The notes: generated by a model not told the origin, from the sequence alone. Positions 51,014 to 61,688 are shown, numbered from the stretch's first letter. The stretch is 64,000 bases of DNA from an uncultured Ignavibacteriales bacterium (GCA_964416195.1 CAYQDB010000007.1:78160-142159), one strand, 5' to 3'. Translations and numbers: made by a program.

Positions 51014-51841
51014 TTGAGTAAACGCTTTCACACTTTGATGGTCGTCACTGCGATTTTGCTGGTCCCCTCGGTGATCTTTGCCGGTGCCAACAGCAAGTTT
51101 GCCATTAGTAAGGCAACAACCCAGGACAACGCAGTGGTTGTCCCTTTGGTTGTTACCAACGAGGCAAACCTTGCGGCTATCGACATTCCACTGAAATTCT
51201 CCGAGGGTGTCACTTTGCGCGAGGTCGACTTCGAGAACACTCGGGTTTCCTATTTTGATCTGAAGATCGCCAACATCAACAATGAGGATCACACGGTAGT
51301 GATCGGATTACTCCCTCAGATTACTTCCACTAACAAGCCTGATCTGGAAGCAGGAACCGGCTCGGTTGCGAACCTGGTGTTCGAGGTTAACGATCCGTCA
51401 GTGACCGAAGTCACACTTGAGACAATCGAGTTGAAGAACCCGGGGCATTTCCTGGCGTATGTCTATCATGACGTTAACCAGGGTGAAGTGCCGAGCCTTC
51501 GTGTCGAGACGCCGGAGTTCGAACCGGTGACAGTTGCCTTTAGCGGTGTGACAGGCAGTGTCGGACCAGAGGTGCCGACGGTTTATGCTCTCAACCAGAA
51601 CTATCCGAATCCATTCAACCCGAGCACGGAGATATCCTTTGATCTGCCGGCTGCTTCGCATGTTGAATTGACCGTGTTCAATGTTCTCGGTCAGAGGGTG
51701 AAGACACTGGTTGATGCTGATATGGAAGCCGGCACTCACACTGTAACTTGGGATGCTTCGCCCTATTCCAGCGGGGTGTACTTCTACCGTGTTTCGGCGA
51801 AGGATTTCTCAATGACAAAGAAGATGCTCTTACTGAAGTAA
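51014..51841 (+). CDS. Secreted protein with a cohesin-like N-domain and a T9SS C-terminal sorting domain
   Basis: TTG start after GAGGAGG, and a signal peptide. The C-terminus is NYPNPFNPSTEISFDLP...LTVFNVLGQRV...GTHTVTWDA...SGVYFYRV...KKMLLLK (Por_Secre_tail). Confidence 0.8.
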   Translation: MSKRFHTLMVVTAILLVPSVIFAGANSKFAISKATTQDNAVVVPLVVTNEANLAAIDIPLKFSEGVTLREVDFENTRVSYFDLKIANINNEDHTVVIGLLPQITSTNKPDLEAGTGSVANLVFEVNDPSVTEVTLETIELKNPGHFLAYVYHDVNQGEVPSLRVETPEFEPVTVAFSGVTGSVGPEVPTVYALNQNYPNPFNPSTEISFDLPAASHVELTVFNVLGQRVKTLVDADMEAGTHTVTWDASPYSSGVYFYRVSAKDFSMTKKMLLLK

Positions 51842-51899
51842 GAGAAGGAGTGTTGACGTAGCCCTTTGAAAAGCGTTCTATGAATTATCTTGCCAATGG

Positions 51900-51934
51900 G
51901 CCCTTTCTCTTAAGCCGGGAAGGGGCTTTTTTTT
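51900..51934 (+). terminator. Rho-independent terminator
   Basis: GCCCTTTC pairs with GGAAGGGGC over 8 bp with one G-U, followed by T8. Confidence 0.7.
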
Positions 51935-52213
51935 GCCGAAAATAGTTTCTGCGCCGTAGGGGACACAGAATCTGCGCTTGGGGCTTACTATAACGTTGTT
52001 TGAACTGTGGGAAGTATCTGTAAGTTATTTGCTTTCACTTACCTGATTACATCGGCATTCTCCCGGCACACCATTTGATAATGTCAGAGGTAGTCGGGAA
52101 AACGGGAAACGGCGACAGACCCGCGGCCCATCAGTCTATTGGGGGCACGTGAAGCGGTTTTTAGTGGCGGTTAGGCTGCTTCATGACAACTTCCCGGCTG
52201 GTGAGGAGAGAAA

Positions 52214-52240
52214 GGTCTCAACTTTGCGTTGAGGCCTTTT
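52214..52240. terminator. Bidirectional terminator hairpin
   Basis: GGTCTCAAC-TTTGC-GTTGAGGCC. TTTT follows on the plus strand and TTTCTCTC on the minus strand. It lies 70 nt past the minus-strand gene that ends at 52307. Confidence 0.5.
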
Positions 52241-52306
52241 ATTCTTGGCTGCGTTGCCAATCGTAACAGAGTTGCACTGCCTGATGAGTCTCCGGCGGGC
52301 GGTCTT

Positions 52307-53377
52307 TTAGCGCACTGCCAGGGGCTGTAGTTCCTCATCAACGGCCGGTGTGACAACCACTTTCATCTCGCCGCGTTCCCTCGTCACGGCAACTTCTACC
52401 TGCGCCTCTTTTTTGGCAGACGTGTAACGGGCGGTGATCATGGCTGCCTTTTTTATGTTCTCGTCGGTTACATTGCCGACCAGCAGGGTTATCGGGGAGC
52501 CGACATTGATTGCCTCAAGCTGCAAGTGATATGGTTGCCTGTACGAGAGGAGGGTTTCGTTGTCTTGCTCGTTCCGCCCAACAATCACTTTGGTGTATTT
52601 ATCCAAACGAAAATGGCGGCCTGCTTTAAGAAGATTCAGATCGTCAAACGTTACATTGTCGGTGTGAGCCAGCAGGTCGCGCAGGCGCGCTGAATAGGCA
52701 GCATCGGTCAGCAGACAGCCTGAAGCGGGAGCAACGTAGCCCTCAAGCCCAAATGTGTCAGCCAGTTCCAATTGGCGTTTGCGGCTCCTGCCACTGATTC
52801 CTTCCAGTTGTTCGCGGTCGACAATACCGCTCAACTCCGGTTCCGTTGGGGGTAAGAGCTTTGCGCAAAGAGGACGCAGCAGCTTTCCCTTAAGGCTAGC
52901 CTGTTTGATGACGAGATTTAACTTGTCTTTCGTCTGCGACATCGGCCGCTGGCCCATAACCTCGCCGGTGATGACGAAATCAGCCTTAACAATCTCCATG
53001 AACTTCTTAGCTTCGCGGAGCATGAGAATACGGCAGTCGGTGCAGACGTTCATGTTCTTGCCCCGACCGTACTTGGGATTGACGACAATATCGACAAACT
53101 TCTGGCCAAGGTGAATCGGCTTGATCTCAAAGCCAAACTTCTCGGCAATCGGTTGGTGGCAAAAGCCGTCTGGAGAATGATCGCTAAGATCACGCACGAA
53201 ATGGGTCATAAAGGTTAGGGCGGTAATCTTGATATTCTGCTTAAGCATCAACAGAATTGCCAGTGCCGAATCAAGCCCACCGGAAAAGAGGGCAATGGCG
53301 TGGCCTCGCTTATTGCTGTCCTGTTTGTACACTACCGCGCTTTCCTCCTGAAGTCCAGGCAACAGGTATCGCATCAT
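52307..53377 (-). CDS. PP-loop ATP pyrophosphatase, ThiI/MnmA-like tRNA thiolation family
   Basis: PP-loop ALFSGGLDSALA, CTDCRILM, and VITGEVMGQRPMSQ. Confidence 0.6.
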   Translation of the reverse strand: MMRYLLPGLQEESAVVYKQDSNKRGHAIALFSGGLDSALAILLMLKQNIKITALTFMTHFVRDLSDHSPDGFCHQPIAEKFGFEIKPIHLGQKFVDIVVNPKYGRGKNMNVCTDCRILMLREAKKFMEIVKADFVITGEVMGQRPMSQTKDKLNLVIKQASLKGKLLRPLCAKLLPPTEPELSGIVDREQLEGISGRSRKRQLELADTFGLEGYVAPASGCLLTDAAYSARLRDLLAHTDNVTFDDLNLLKAGRHFRLDKYTKVIVGRNEQDNETLLSYRQPYHLQLEAINVGSPITLLVGNVTDENIKKAAMITARYTSAKKEAQVEVAVTRERGEMKVVVTPAVDEELQPLAVR

Positions 53378-53417
53378 AGGAGTGCAGGATATGTAACTGT
53401 CGCTCCCCCTGTTGTCT

Positions 53418-53446
53418 TTGACATCAACATTTAATATAGCTATTTT
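53418..53446 (+). promoter_or_regulatory. Candidate promoter of the mla operon
   Basis: TTGACA 53418-23, 17 nt, TATTTT 53441-46. Confidence 0.4.
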
Positions 53447-53524
53447 GCAGTGTGCTCAAAGTTGAAATCGCTATTACTGGGCTACCGATGGCGATAGAAG
53501 AGGTCTAATCCTTGGTGTGAAAGG

Positions 53525-54313
53525 ATGCAGATTCTTAGTGCGGTAAACAATTGGCTAAAGCGATTTGCCAATGAGCTTCAGCGGCTCTTTTACTTCTCGC
53601 TGCGGATGGTGGCTGCTCTGTTTGGCCGGCCCTTCTATGTGGCGGAGACACTGGAGCAGATGTATCTTATTGGGGTTGGCTCACTGTACCTGATAGTTCT
53701 CACGGGTATTTTTGCTGGACAGGGGATGGCGCTGGCTTACTCGGTCGAACTGGCCGACTTCGGGGCTAAGAACTATCTCGGCCGGATTATGGCAATAGCG
53801 ATTATCCGCGAGCTGGGTCCGATCCTGGCCGGCTTGATGGTCGCTGCCAGGGTTGCTTCCGGGATCACCGCCGAGATCGGCGCTATGAAATCCTCAAACC
53901 AACTCGATGCCATGGTAGCGTTTGGTATCGACCCCATAAAAAAAATCGCCGTGCCGCGCCTGATTGCCCTGGTAATCATGGTGCCGGTCCTCACGATAAT
54001 CTGCGATGCCATAGCGATCTTAGGCGCCTACTTCGTTGCTGACTTTGTTGCCCATGTAACCCCCACTATGTACTGGTCTAACGTCCGAGGAAGGCTTATT
54101 TTCGGCAATCTTTTCATCGGGTTTTTCAAGCCTTTTGTATTTTCGTTTATTATCGCGTTCATCTCGTGCTACAAGGGGTTTACCTCTGAGGGGGGCACCA
54201 AGGGCGTGGGCCAGGCCACGACCAATTCGGTGGTGATGGCATCTATAACTATCCTGACTGTAAACTTCTTTATTACCAAGGTGGTGTTTTCACTTATTAA
54301 GGGTTACCTATGA
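53525..54313 (+). CDS. mlaE: MlaE-type ABC permease
   Basis: 262 aa, MlaE/YrbE family (GVGSLYLIVLTGIFAGQGMALAY..., AMKSSNQLDAM). Confidence 0.9.
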   Translation: MQILSAVNNWLKRFANELQRLFYFSLRMVAALFGRPFYVAETLEQMYLIGVGSLYLIVLTGIFAGQGMALAYSVELADFGAKNYLGRIMAIAIIRELGPILAGLMVAARVASGITAEIGAMKSSNQLDAMVAFGIDPIKKIAVPRLIALVIMVPVLTIICDAIAILGAYFVADFVAHVTPTMYWSNVRGRLIFGNLFIGFFKPFVFSFIIAFISCYKGFTSEGGTKGVGQATTNSVVMASITILTVNFFITKVVFSLIKGYL

Positions 54314-55098
54314 TCGGGCTGAGGGAAGTGAGTTTTTCTTACGGCGACAGGCCGGTTTTGCGGAATGTCTCATTCTCAGTGGGGCAGTCCGAGTCGGCTG
54401 TGGTCATGGGTCCCTCAGGGTCGGGCAAATCAACAATCCTGCGCCTGATCCTCGGCCTGGAGACTCCACAACAGGGCCAGGTGCTTATACATGGCCAGGA
54501 TATCTCCACCCTGAAAGAGAAAACGAAACGTGAGTTGCGCAAGAAGATTGGCATGGTCTTTCAGGATGGGGCTTTGTTTGACTCTCTAACGGTGGGCGAA
54601 AACATTGGATACTATCTCTTAGAGCATACCAGGCTGCCATTTGAGGAGATTACGCACCGTGTGCGCCGGATGCTTGGTTTTGTGGGGCTGGATGCGGACG
54701 AAATCATCGACAAGCTTCCGGAACAGCTTTCCGGCGGGATGCGGCGGAGGGTGGCGATCGGCCGAGCGCTTTTATCGACGGATCCGAAGATAATGCTCTA
54801 CGATGAGCCAACAACCGGCCTTGACCCGCAAGCGATAGATAATGTTTTGAATTTGATTAAGAAGCTGCATCAGGAGAGATCGATATCGACAATTGCCGTT
54901 ACCCATCAGATTGTGGATGCTTTTGACATCGCCGACAGGTTCATTGTCGTTTATGAGGGCGAAGTGGCGTTTGATGGTTCGGTCCAGGAGCTCCGTGACT
55001 GCCGGGATAGTCGCGTGCAAGCTTTCCTGGCTCCATTCCGTTCGTCGTTTGCCGGTGTAGCCAGAAGGAGATTTGTTGACGGAGGGCAAGGCTTGTGA
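54310..55098 (+). CDS. mlaF: MlaF-type ABC ATPase
   Basis: GPSGSGKST, LSGGMRRRVAIGRA and MLYDEPTTGLDP. A 4-nt overlap with mlaE. Confidence 0.9.
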   Translation: MIGLREVSFSYGDRPVLRNVSFSVGQSESAVVMGPSGSGKSTILRLILGLETPQQGQVLIHGQDISTLKEKTKRELRKKIGMVFQDGALFDSLTVGENIGYYLLEHTRLPFEEITHRVRRMLGFVGLDADEIIDKLPEQLSGGMRRRVAIGRALLSTDPKIMLYDEPTTGLDPQAIDNVLNLIKKLHQERSISTIAVTHQIVDAFDIADRFIVVYEGEVAFDGSVQELRDCRDSRVQAFLAPFRSSFAGVARRRFVDGGQGL

Positions 55099-55168
55099 CA
55101 TGTGAGGATGTGGATATCACTTGTGAGAGATTTGTACAAGTAGGGAAGATGATTCGGAGTTAAGACGT

Positions 55169-56104
55169 ATGAAGCGGACAGTAGGTGTTAAGTGGGGTAA
55201 TCTGAAAACCGGGATTATCCTGATAGCGGCAATCGCCGTGATGTTGTGGGCATCCCTTTCCGGTGGCGGGACATCGATATTTGAACGAAAGGGGCAGTTT
55301 GTATGCTTTTTCAAGAATGTGAATGGCCTGGTACGCGGGTCGCCAGTCTGGATGTCGGGAGTCGAGGTCGGCAATGTCCGCTCAGTGAGCTTCGTGAATC
55401 TCGATTCCCTCCGTCAGGTCAAGGTGGTTGGACGTGTGAAGAAATCTGTCTGGCCAATGCTGACTGAGGACGCCGAAGCGATGCTCGGTACGATCGGCCT
55501 TATCGGGGATAAGTACCTTGAGGTCATCCCCGGGACCAAAGGCAAGCCGGTGATAAACAACATGGGTGTGATCCTCACCCGGGAGGTGGGTGACGCCGCT
55601 ACTATGTTCAAGGCCGGCCAGGATGCAATTGACCAGGTTAGGTCGGCGTCTGACAATATTGACGCCCTGCTGGCCCGTGTCAACAACGGCGAGGGGACGC
55701 TGGGGCAACTGGCCACTAATGACCAACTCTATCACAATCTGACAAAGCTCGCCACGCGACTGACCAAACTGGCCGCTGACCTGCAGAAGAATCAGGAGCG
55801 GGTTGTCTCGTGTCTTGAAAAAACCACGACCTCGGTCGAGCGGCTGTCCGAGCAGGTGAACAGCAACACCGGCACGATCGGCAAGCTGGTCAACGACCCG
55901 CAGCTTTATGACAATCTCGCGGCCACGTCGGCCCGGCTGGACACGATCATGCACCGGATCAACACCTCTGAGGGAAGCCTTGGTCTGCTTGTCAGCGATA
56001 CGGCTTTATATGTGGAGATGACCAACCTGCTGGCCCGCATTAACAATTTAGTGACGGATATCGAGAAAAACCCGCGTAAGTATTTCAAGTTTTCAGTGTT
56101 TTAG
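55169..56104 (+). CDS. mlaD: MlaD/MCE-domain protein
   Basis: N-terminal TM, an MCE domain (VNGLVRGSPVWMSGVEVGNV), and a helical C-terminus. Confidence 0.85.
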   Translation: MKRTVGVKWGNLKTGIILIAAIAVMLWASLSGGGTSIFERKGQFVCFFKNVNGLVRGSPVWMSGVEVGNVRSVSFVNLDSLRQVKVVGRVKKSVWPMLTEDAEAMLGTIGLIGDKYLEVIPGTKGKPVINNMGVILTREVGDAATMFKAGQDAIDQVRSASDNIDALLARVNNGEGTLGQLATNDQLYHNLTKLATRLTKLAADLQKNQERVVSCLEKTTTSVERLSEQVNSNTGTIGKLVNDPQLYDNLAATSARLDTIMHRINTSEGSLGLLVSDTALYVEMTNLLARINNLVTDIEKNPRKYFKFSVF

Positions 56105-56140
56105 GTTCGCAGGTCGGGTCTCGGAGAGAGGTTGTTCCAA

Positions 56141-56238
56141 AAGTCAACTGTCTTGTCTCGTGTAGAGAGAGTGCTTGTCCTCCACCAATTAACGGCGAAC
56201 ATAAAGCCCGCCGCTATGCGAAGTTGCGGTAGAAGCAC
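56141..56238 (-). repeat. ~100-nt structured dispersed repeat, copy C (more diverged)
   Basis: The reverse complement reads ...AACTTCGCATAGCGGCGGGCTTTATGTTCGCCGTTAATTGGTGGAGGACAAGC...GACAAGACAGTTGACTT, colinear with copy B. Confidence 0.7.
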
Positions 56239-56281
56239 TTATGAGAGTGGAGGCTCAAATGCGGTCAGATTCAAAGGTGGC

Positions 56282-56301
56282 GTCAGGCGTCTCTGCCTGA
56301 C
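56282..56301. repeat. REP hairpin
   Basis: GTCAGGC-GTCTCT-GCCTGAC. The stem is identical to the REP hairpins around the RAYT gene. Confidence 0.75.
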
Positions 56302-56472
56302 GCTTCCCCGACAGATCTGTATGTCGTGAAATGACTTATGGCTTTCGCACAGAGTTACCCGACAGCACCTTGCAACGAATGACAACACTTTTGTCACAGC
56401 CTCACAAGGGTCTTAATCTACAAGTCTTGTATAACAACTGGAAACTCGCCTTAGCTTGTTAGGCTTGAGGGA

Positions 56473-57237
56473 TTACGATTTACTCAGGGAAGCTGTCAGG
56501 CTCAGCCCTTGCAAGATGTTTATAATGTTGTCAACCTCGAAGGGCTTACGCAAGAAACCGTCAGGCCCAGCCCCGTCAAATTTGAGCTCGGTTTCGTCCT
56601 GGGAAAAGAAGGCGGTAATAAGGATGACCGGCATTTTAGGATATTTCCCCTTGATTTTCTTGAGAAGGGTTATCCCATCCATACCCGGCATTTTGATATC
56701 GGCTATGACAGCATCGACGCTGCCGTTTTCCAGCTCGCGTAGTGCTTCCTCGCCACCCATCACAGCGCAAGGGATATAGTCATTGTAGCGAAGAGCCTCA
56801 GTCAACATCTCCCGGAACAGGTCATCATCGTCGACAACCATCACCCTGTGGATTGGCTTGGGGGTTTTTTCCCACTTGCCCTTCAGGGTATCCTCTATCA
56901 GCTCCTCGATGTGAGAAATGCGGAATGGCTTGGCCAGAAATCCATCGGGTGAAGCGCGGCCGATAACCTCCGGTGAGGCAACCCCGGTAATGAACAACAC
57001 CGGAAGGTCAGGGTAGTAGCGTCGGACTTTTCTCAGCAGAGCTATTCCATCGACACCGGGCATCTTGATGTCGGAAATCATCAAGTCGAACTTTTCTTCC
57101 TTGAGTCTCTGGAGAGCTTCGATGCCGTCAGAAGCTCCGGAGGTGTGGTACCCGATGGCATCCAATGTATCAACAAGAAGACTACGCAGGGTAGTATCAT
57201 CGTCGACGACCAGGATACTTGCCCTTACCCGGTGCAT
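56473..57237 (-). CDS. Response regulator with two tandem receiver domains
   Basis: Two REC units (ILVVDDD...LMISDIKMPG...KPF and VMVVDDDD...AVIADIKMPG...KPF). No output domain. Confidence 0.8.
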   Translation of the reverse strand: MHRVRASILVVDDDTTLRSLLVDTLDAIGYHTSGASDGIEALQRLKEEKFDLMISDIKMPGVDGIALLRKVRRYYPDLPVLFITGVASPEVIGRASPDGFLAKPFRISHIEELIEDTLKGKWEKTPKPIHRVMVVDDDDLFREMLTEALRYNDYIPCAVMGGEEALRELENGSVDAVIADIKMPGMDGITLLKKIKGKYPKMPVILITAFFSQDETELKFDGAGPDGFLRKPFEVDNIINILQGLSLTASLSKS

Positions 57238-57477
57238 AGACTTCGACCTGGCAATCTTAAGGGTTTGCTTGCTCTTCTCCTTGGTAACGGCTTGGTTCTC
57301 GGCCTCAGCGTTAATTCAGAGGCCTGGAATATGAATGGGCCTATTGACATAATATTCCCCTTGAGGTTACAAGGTAGACCGCCTCAATAGCCGGGTCAAC
57401 AATTTTTAGCCTGAATTCTTAGAGCTCCCGTTGGGGTATAAGAGTATAGACTGGGTTGTCTTCGGGGGTAGCCCCGC

Positions 57478-58479
57478 CTAACGCAAAGCGTTTGGGTCCA
57501 CCACAATCACCGCTGCACCGTTGAAGCGTCCTTCACGCAAATCGTTCAGGGCGTTATTGGCCTTTTCCAGAGGATAGGGGTGCACCTCCGTTCGCACTGG
57601 CACCTTCGGAGCAAGGGCCAGAAATTCCTCTCCGTCCCGGCGGGTCAGATTGGCCACTGAACGAACCACCCGCTCCCCCCAGAGAATTGAATATGGAAAA
57701 GAAGGAATATCACTCATGTAAATGCCGGCACAAACGACCGTTCCACCCTTGGTGACCGCCCGTAACGAGGCCGGCACCAGACTTCCCACCGGAGCAAAAA
57801 TGATCGCTGCATCCAGCGGATCTGGCGGCAATTCATCCGAACTTCCTGCCCAAACAGCTCCCAGGCTTCGCGCAAAGGCTTGGCCTTCGACATCGTCCCG
57901 GCGGGTGAATGCATAGACCTCACGCCCCTTGTAGCGGGCCACCTGGATAAGAATATGCGCCGCCGCACCAAATCCATAAAATCCCAGTTTCTCAGCCTCA
58001 CCGGCCATGCACAGCGCCCGGTACCCGATCAAGCCGGCGCAAAAAAGCGGCGCCGCCTGAAGGTCCGGGTATCCATCGGGAATGGGAAAACAAAATCGCT
58101 CGTCGGCCACGCACAGTTCCGCGAATCCGCCGTCGATCTGGTAACCGGTATACCGTGACTCATCGCAGAGGTTCTCGTGCCCTGATCGGCAGAACCGGCA
58201 GTGACCACAGCTTCCTCCGAGCCACGGGATGCCTACCCGGTCGCCTTGGGAATAGCGCGTGGCCCCGTCGCCGGTGACGGCCACCGTTCCTACGATTTGA
58301 TGGCCGGGAACAAGGGGTAATTTGGGCTCAGTCAACTCGCCGTCTACAACATGCAGGTCCGTCCGGCAGACTCCGCAAGCGCGGACGCGAACTAACACCT
58401 GCCCCGGTCCGGGCAAGGGCTCAGGCAAATCGGCAGCAACCAGCGGCTCCCCAGGCTTTTCCAGGATCATAGCACGCAT
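57478..58479 (-). CDS. Zinc-dependent alcohol dehydrogenase
   Basis: GVCRTDLH, GHQIVG, and the structural Zn site CGHCRFCRSGHENLC. I set the start at ATG 58479, 8 nt after GGAGG; the ORF-track start is 58557. Confidence 0.85.
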   Translation of the reverse strand: MRAMILEKPGEPLVAADLPEPLPGPGQVLVRVRACGVCRTDLHVVDGELTEPKLPLVPGHQIVGTVAVTGDGATRYSQGDRVGIPWLGGSCGHCRFCRSGHENLCDESRYTGYQIDGGFAELCVADERFCFPIPDGYPDLQAAPLFCAGLIGYRALCMAGEAEKLGFYGFGAAAHILIQVARYKGREVYAFTRRDDVEGQAFARSLGAVWAGSSDELPPDPLDAAIIFAPVGSLVPASLRAVTKGGTVVCAGIYMSDIPSFPYSILWGERVVRSVANLTRRDGEEFLALAPKVPVRTEVHPYPLEKANNALNDLREGRFNGAAVIVVDPNALR

Positions 58480-58677
58480 CGGTTTTCCTCCATCTGTCAA
58501 ATCACCGAAAAGTACTGCCTCAAAGAACGGTAGACAACTTGAATATTGGTTGCCCAAGATACTTGAATTTACGTTCGTGAGACAGCCTCAGGGTATGTGC
58601 CAACGATTACCGGATACCGAATATCGCTTGACTTGTCGGGCATTTCTGCTATAGTCTTACACTGTGCCTTAAGGGGC

Positions 58678-59256
58678 ATGATTATGATTTCGCTGGTACT
58701 TGGCCTGGGCAACATCGGTGAGCGCTACGCCGGCACCCGTCACAATGTTGGTTTTAGGGTTGTTGAGAAAGTTCGACAGGAGTTGAAACTCTCGTTTCAA
58801 CCACCGACAGAGGCCTATGATTGGGCGGTGCAGGAGCGCAGCGAAAGGCAGATTATTCTGGCCTGGCCGAAAACGTATATGAATCACTCCGGCCTTGCCG
58901 CCCATGCTCTTTTACAAGATACTGACCTGCAACCGTCTCGAATGCTGACAGTGGTCGACGATTTCAACTTGCCTTTGGGAAGAATAAGAATCCGGCAAGA
59001 CGGTTCCGACGGCGGCCACAAAGGGCTGGTGTCGATAATTGAAGTTTTGGAAACGGAAGATTTTCCGCGTCTGCGTTTGGGAATCGGCCCGACGCCCGAT
59101 AATATGGACACAGTAGATTTCGTCCTCAGCCGATTTGAAAGACAGGAAGTCGAGCCAGCGCAGAAAATGATTGACACCGCGGCGGAAGCGGTGTTATTTG
59201 TGATAGACCATCGCCTTGAGGAGGCGATGTCGAACTATAATGTCAACCCTGCTTAG
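58678..59256 (+). CDS. pth: Peptidyl-tRNA hydrolase
   Basis: LVLGLGNIGERYAGTRHNVGF, YMNHSG and GGHKGL. I set the start at ATG 58678. Confidence 0.9.
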   Translation: MIMISLVLGLGNIGERYAGTRHNVGFRVVEKVRQELKLSFQPPTEAYDWAVQERSERQIILAWPKTYMNHSGLAAHALLQDTDLQPSRMLTVVDDFNLPLGRIRIRQDGSDGGHKGLVSIIEVLETEDFPRLRLGIGPTPDNMDTVDFVLSRFERQEVEPAQKMIDTAAEAVLFVIDHRLEEAMSNYNVNPA

Positions 59257-59323
59257 CCGAGACATTTACTCTTCTCGACTGAGCCGTTTGAGTGTGAACC
59301 AACGTCCGAAGGGAGAATGCTGA

Positions 59324-59854
59324 GTGAGTATCTACGAGACCACCTTTATTATCAATCCGCAAACCGATGACGACTCCATCGATCGGGAAGTCCGGTCCAT
59401 TTCAGACCTGATCACCAGTAATGGCGGCAAGATTGTCCACGAAGATCGTATGGGCACCCGCCGTCTTGCGTATCCGATCAAGGGGCTGACGCAGGGGTAC
59501 TATACCAGCGTCATCTTTGAGGGGGTGGGCCAAATCCTACCGGTTCTGGATCGGCACTTCAAGCTGGGTGAGGCTTTCATCCGGCATCTGACAATCCGTT
59601 ACGAGGGTGATATCAGGGTTTCTGCCGAAGCGCAGAAACCGGAGGTTCGCACCGAGAAGAAGGAAGAAAAGGAAGAAAAAGTCGCACCGGCTGAAGCCAA
59701 GGCTGTCACCACCGACGAAACCAAACCGGCCGAGGCCGAAAGCGAATCAGGCTCAGTCGAGGAACCGAGGGAAGAGCAAACGCCTGAGTTGGTCGAGGAC
59801 AAGGGCAGTCCTGAGCCGGAAGAGCGGGTCAGCCCGGAGGAGGAGGAGCTGTAA
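59324..59854 (+). CDS. rpsF: 30S ribosomal protein S6 with a long acidic/Lys-rich tail
   Basis: YETTFIINPQ...MGTRRLAYPI..., with a C-terminus ending PEEEEL. Confidence 0.9.
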   Translation: MSIYETTFIINPQTDDDSIDREVRSISDLITSNGGKIVHEDRMGTRRLAYPIKGLTQGYYTSVIFEGVGQILPVLDRHFKLGEAFIRHLTIRYEGDIRVSAEAQKPEVRTEKKEEKEEKVAPAEAKAVTTDETKPAEAESESGSVEEPREEQTPELVEDKGSPEPEERVSPEEEEL

Positions 59855-59964
59855 CCAGCCAGCGGGCGTTGCTCAGGGCAACCCGACTTCACAGCCCGAG
59901 CAAACCAACAGCCCGAGAACGGTAAGACTGGTAAAATCGAGAGATTAACATAGAGGATAATGTG

Positions 59965-60192
59965 ATGGAGAAACTTAGAAGAAGGAAGTTCTGTTACTTC
60001 TGTGAAAACAAAATAAAATACATAGACTACAAAGACGAGCGGCTTCTGCGGCGCTTTACAAACGAACGTGGCAAGCTTATCCCCAGACGGATCACCGGCA
60101 ATTGTGCAAGGCATCAGCGAGAAACGACCAGAGCCATAAAGCGCGCCCGTGTCTTGGCAATAATGGCGTTTGAAAGTGAATCATTCCGTTGA
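59965..60192 (+). CDS. rpsR: 30S ribosomal protein S18
   Basis: [19 protein letters not shown]...[15 protein letters not shown]...AIKRAR. Confidence 0.9.
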   Translation: MEKLRRRKFCYFCENKIKYIDYKDERLLRRFTNERGKLIPRRITGNCARHQRETTRAIKRARVLAIMAFESESFR

Positions 60193-61204
60193 TAGAGTAG
60201 CAAGCGATAGCATAACCCACCGGGTGCAGAAAGAAGGCTTGCTGGGTGGTGTCTACCCTATTGTTGCAGCCATGTTGGTCTACTCTATTCTGGCGTACGG
60301 TAATGTAGACGGCTATCTGGGCGGCGCGGCGATTCTTTTGACAAGTGTAGTTGCATATTTCCTGACCATGTATGTGTACTACGGCATAGCCCGACTGGCA
60401 TACCAGGGATACACTCATCTGCTGTTGGGAGGCGCTGTCGCAGCCGTCATCGTCTCCCTTTTTATGTCCGGACTGTCGGCCATCTGGGCCCCGCTGGCCG
60501 GTTGGGTGATGCTGCTTCTGGCGGGAGCCGCGACCGGCAGACTTACTCACGGCGGCTACCTGCAGGGACAGGTCTATGTGATCGGCGCGGCCGTAGTGGC
60601 TATTCTCTTTACCCTTCAATCAATCCCAATATGGAACAAGTTCCTTCAGACGGCGCCTCGTCTCGGTGAGGCTTTTGCCCAACAAGTGCAGCTGTTTCTG
60701 GTTGGGTTGGGCTATAGTGCGGAGATGATACAAGGTGATCTGGAGCAAAGCAGAAAGGTTTTTGACGTTTTGGTTCGGCTTTTCCCTGCCGCTACCATTC
60801 TGGGAGCACTGCTGCAGTTCAGTATCGGTTATCTCGCTTTCGTTCTATGGGTGGGTCGTAAGGACCCTTCCCGCCGCTGTTATGTGCCGATCATTCTCTG
60901 GAAGGTCCCATTCGGCTTTGCGCCAGTTCTGATCGTCGCTATACTGGTGCGATTTGTTGGAGGAGAGCCGCTCCGGATGATAGCCGACAATGCGCTGACT
61001 GTCCTGGCGGTGTATTATTGTGTTGCGGGCTTGGCCCTGATCGAGTATTATTTGAAAAAGCTGCATGTATCGAGGCTGACGAAGGTACTCTTTTACCTGT
61101 TGCTGTTCTTGACCCAACTGGTAGGCTTCTTCGCGGTCGCGCTGGTAGGTTTTGTTGACAGCTTTTTTGACTGGCGCAAAGTCAAAGCACCGGAGATACT
61201 GTGA
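60170..61204 (+). CDS. Polytopic membrane protein, DUF2232 (YybS-like)
   Basis: 344 aa with ~8 TM, located between rpsR and rplI as yybS is in Firmicutes. The start is uncertain because the ORF overlaps rpsR by 23 nt. Confidence 0.55.
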   Translation: MKVNHSVDRVASDSITHRVQKEGLLGGVYPIVAAMLVYSILAYGNVDGYLGGAAILLTSVVAYFLTMYVYYGIARLAYQGYTHLLLGGAVAAVIVSLFMSGLSAIWAPLAGWVMLLLAGAATGRLTHGGYLQGQVYVIGAAVVAILFTLQSIPIWNKFLQTAPRLGEAFAQQVQLFLVGLGYSAEMIQGDLEQSRKVFDVLVRLFPAATILGALLQFSIGYLAFVLWVGRKDPSRRCYVPIILWKVPFGFAPVLIVAILVRFVGGEPLRMIADNALTVLAVYYCVAGLALIEYYLKKLHVSRLTKVLFYLLLFLTQLVGFFAVALVGFVDSFFDWRKVKAPEIL

Positions 61205-61241
61205 TGAAACAGGACAATCTATGCCATAGAAAGGTCGTATT

Positions 61242-61688
61242 ATGAAAGTGATATTGCGTGAGGATGTTCCGGAGGTTGGACAGGCCGGCCAAACAGTAGA
61301 TGTGAGATCCGGCTTTGGCCGCAACTACCTCTTCCCTTGCAACCTGGCCATTCCGGCCACCAAGGCAAACCTGCGGGCCATCGGTGAGGTTACTAAACAA
61401 AAAGAGCTGCGCGAGAAAAAACAGCGTCGAGAAGCGGAAATCATCAAGGACAAGATCGAGAAGCTATCTCTCTCTACTGAGGTGTTGGTTGGCGAAGAAG
61501 AGAAACTGTACGGTTCTGTGACAAACGCTGACATAGCAGAAATGATGGGTAAGGAAGGAATAATTGTCGATAAGCGCGCTATCGAGCTGGAGACGCCTAT
61601 CAAGGTCCTTGGTGTTTATACCGTTCCCGTCAAGATTGACAAAGATGTCACAGCGCAACTGCGGCTGTGGGTAATAAAGAAGTCCTGA
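61242..61688 (+). CDS. rplI: 50S ribosomal protein L9
   Basis: MKVILREDVPEVGQAGQTVDVRSGFGRNYLFP. Confidence 0.9.
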   Translation: MKVILREDVPEVGQAGQTVDVRSGFGRNYLFPCNLAIPATKANLRAIGEVTKQKELREKKQRREAEIIKDKIEKLSLSTEVLVGEEEKLYGSVTNADIAEMMGKEGIIVDKRAIELETPIKVLGVYTVPVKIDKDVTAQLRLWVIKKS

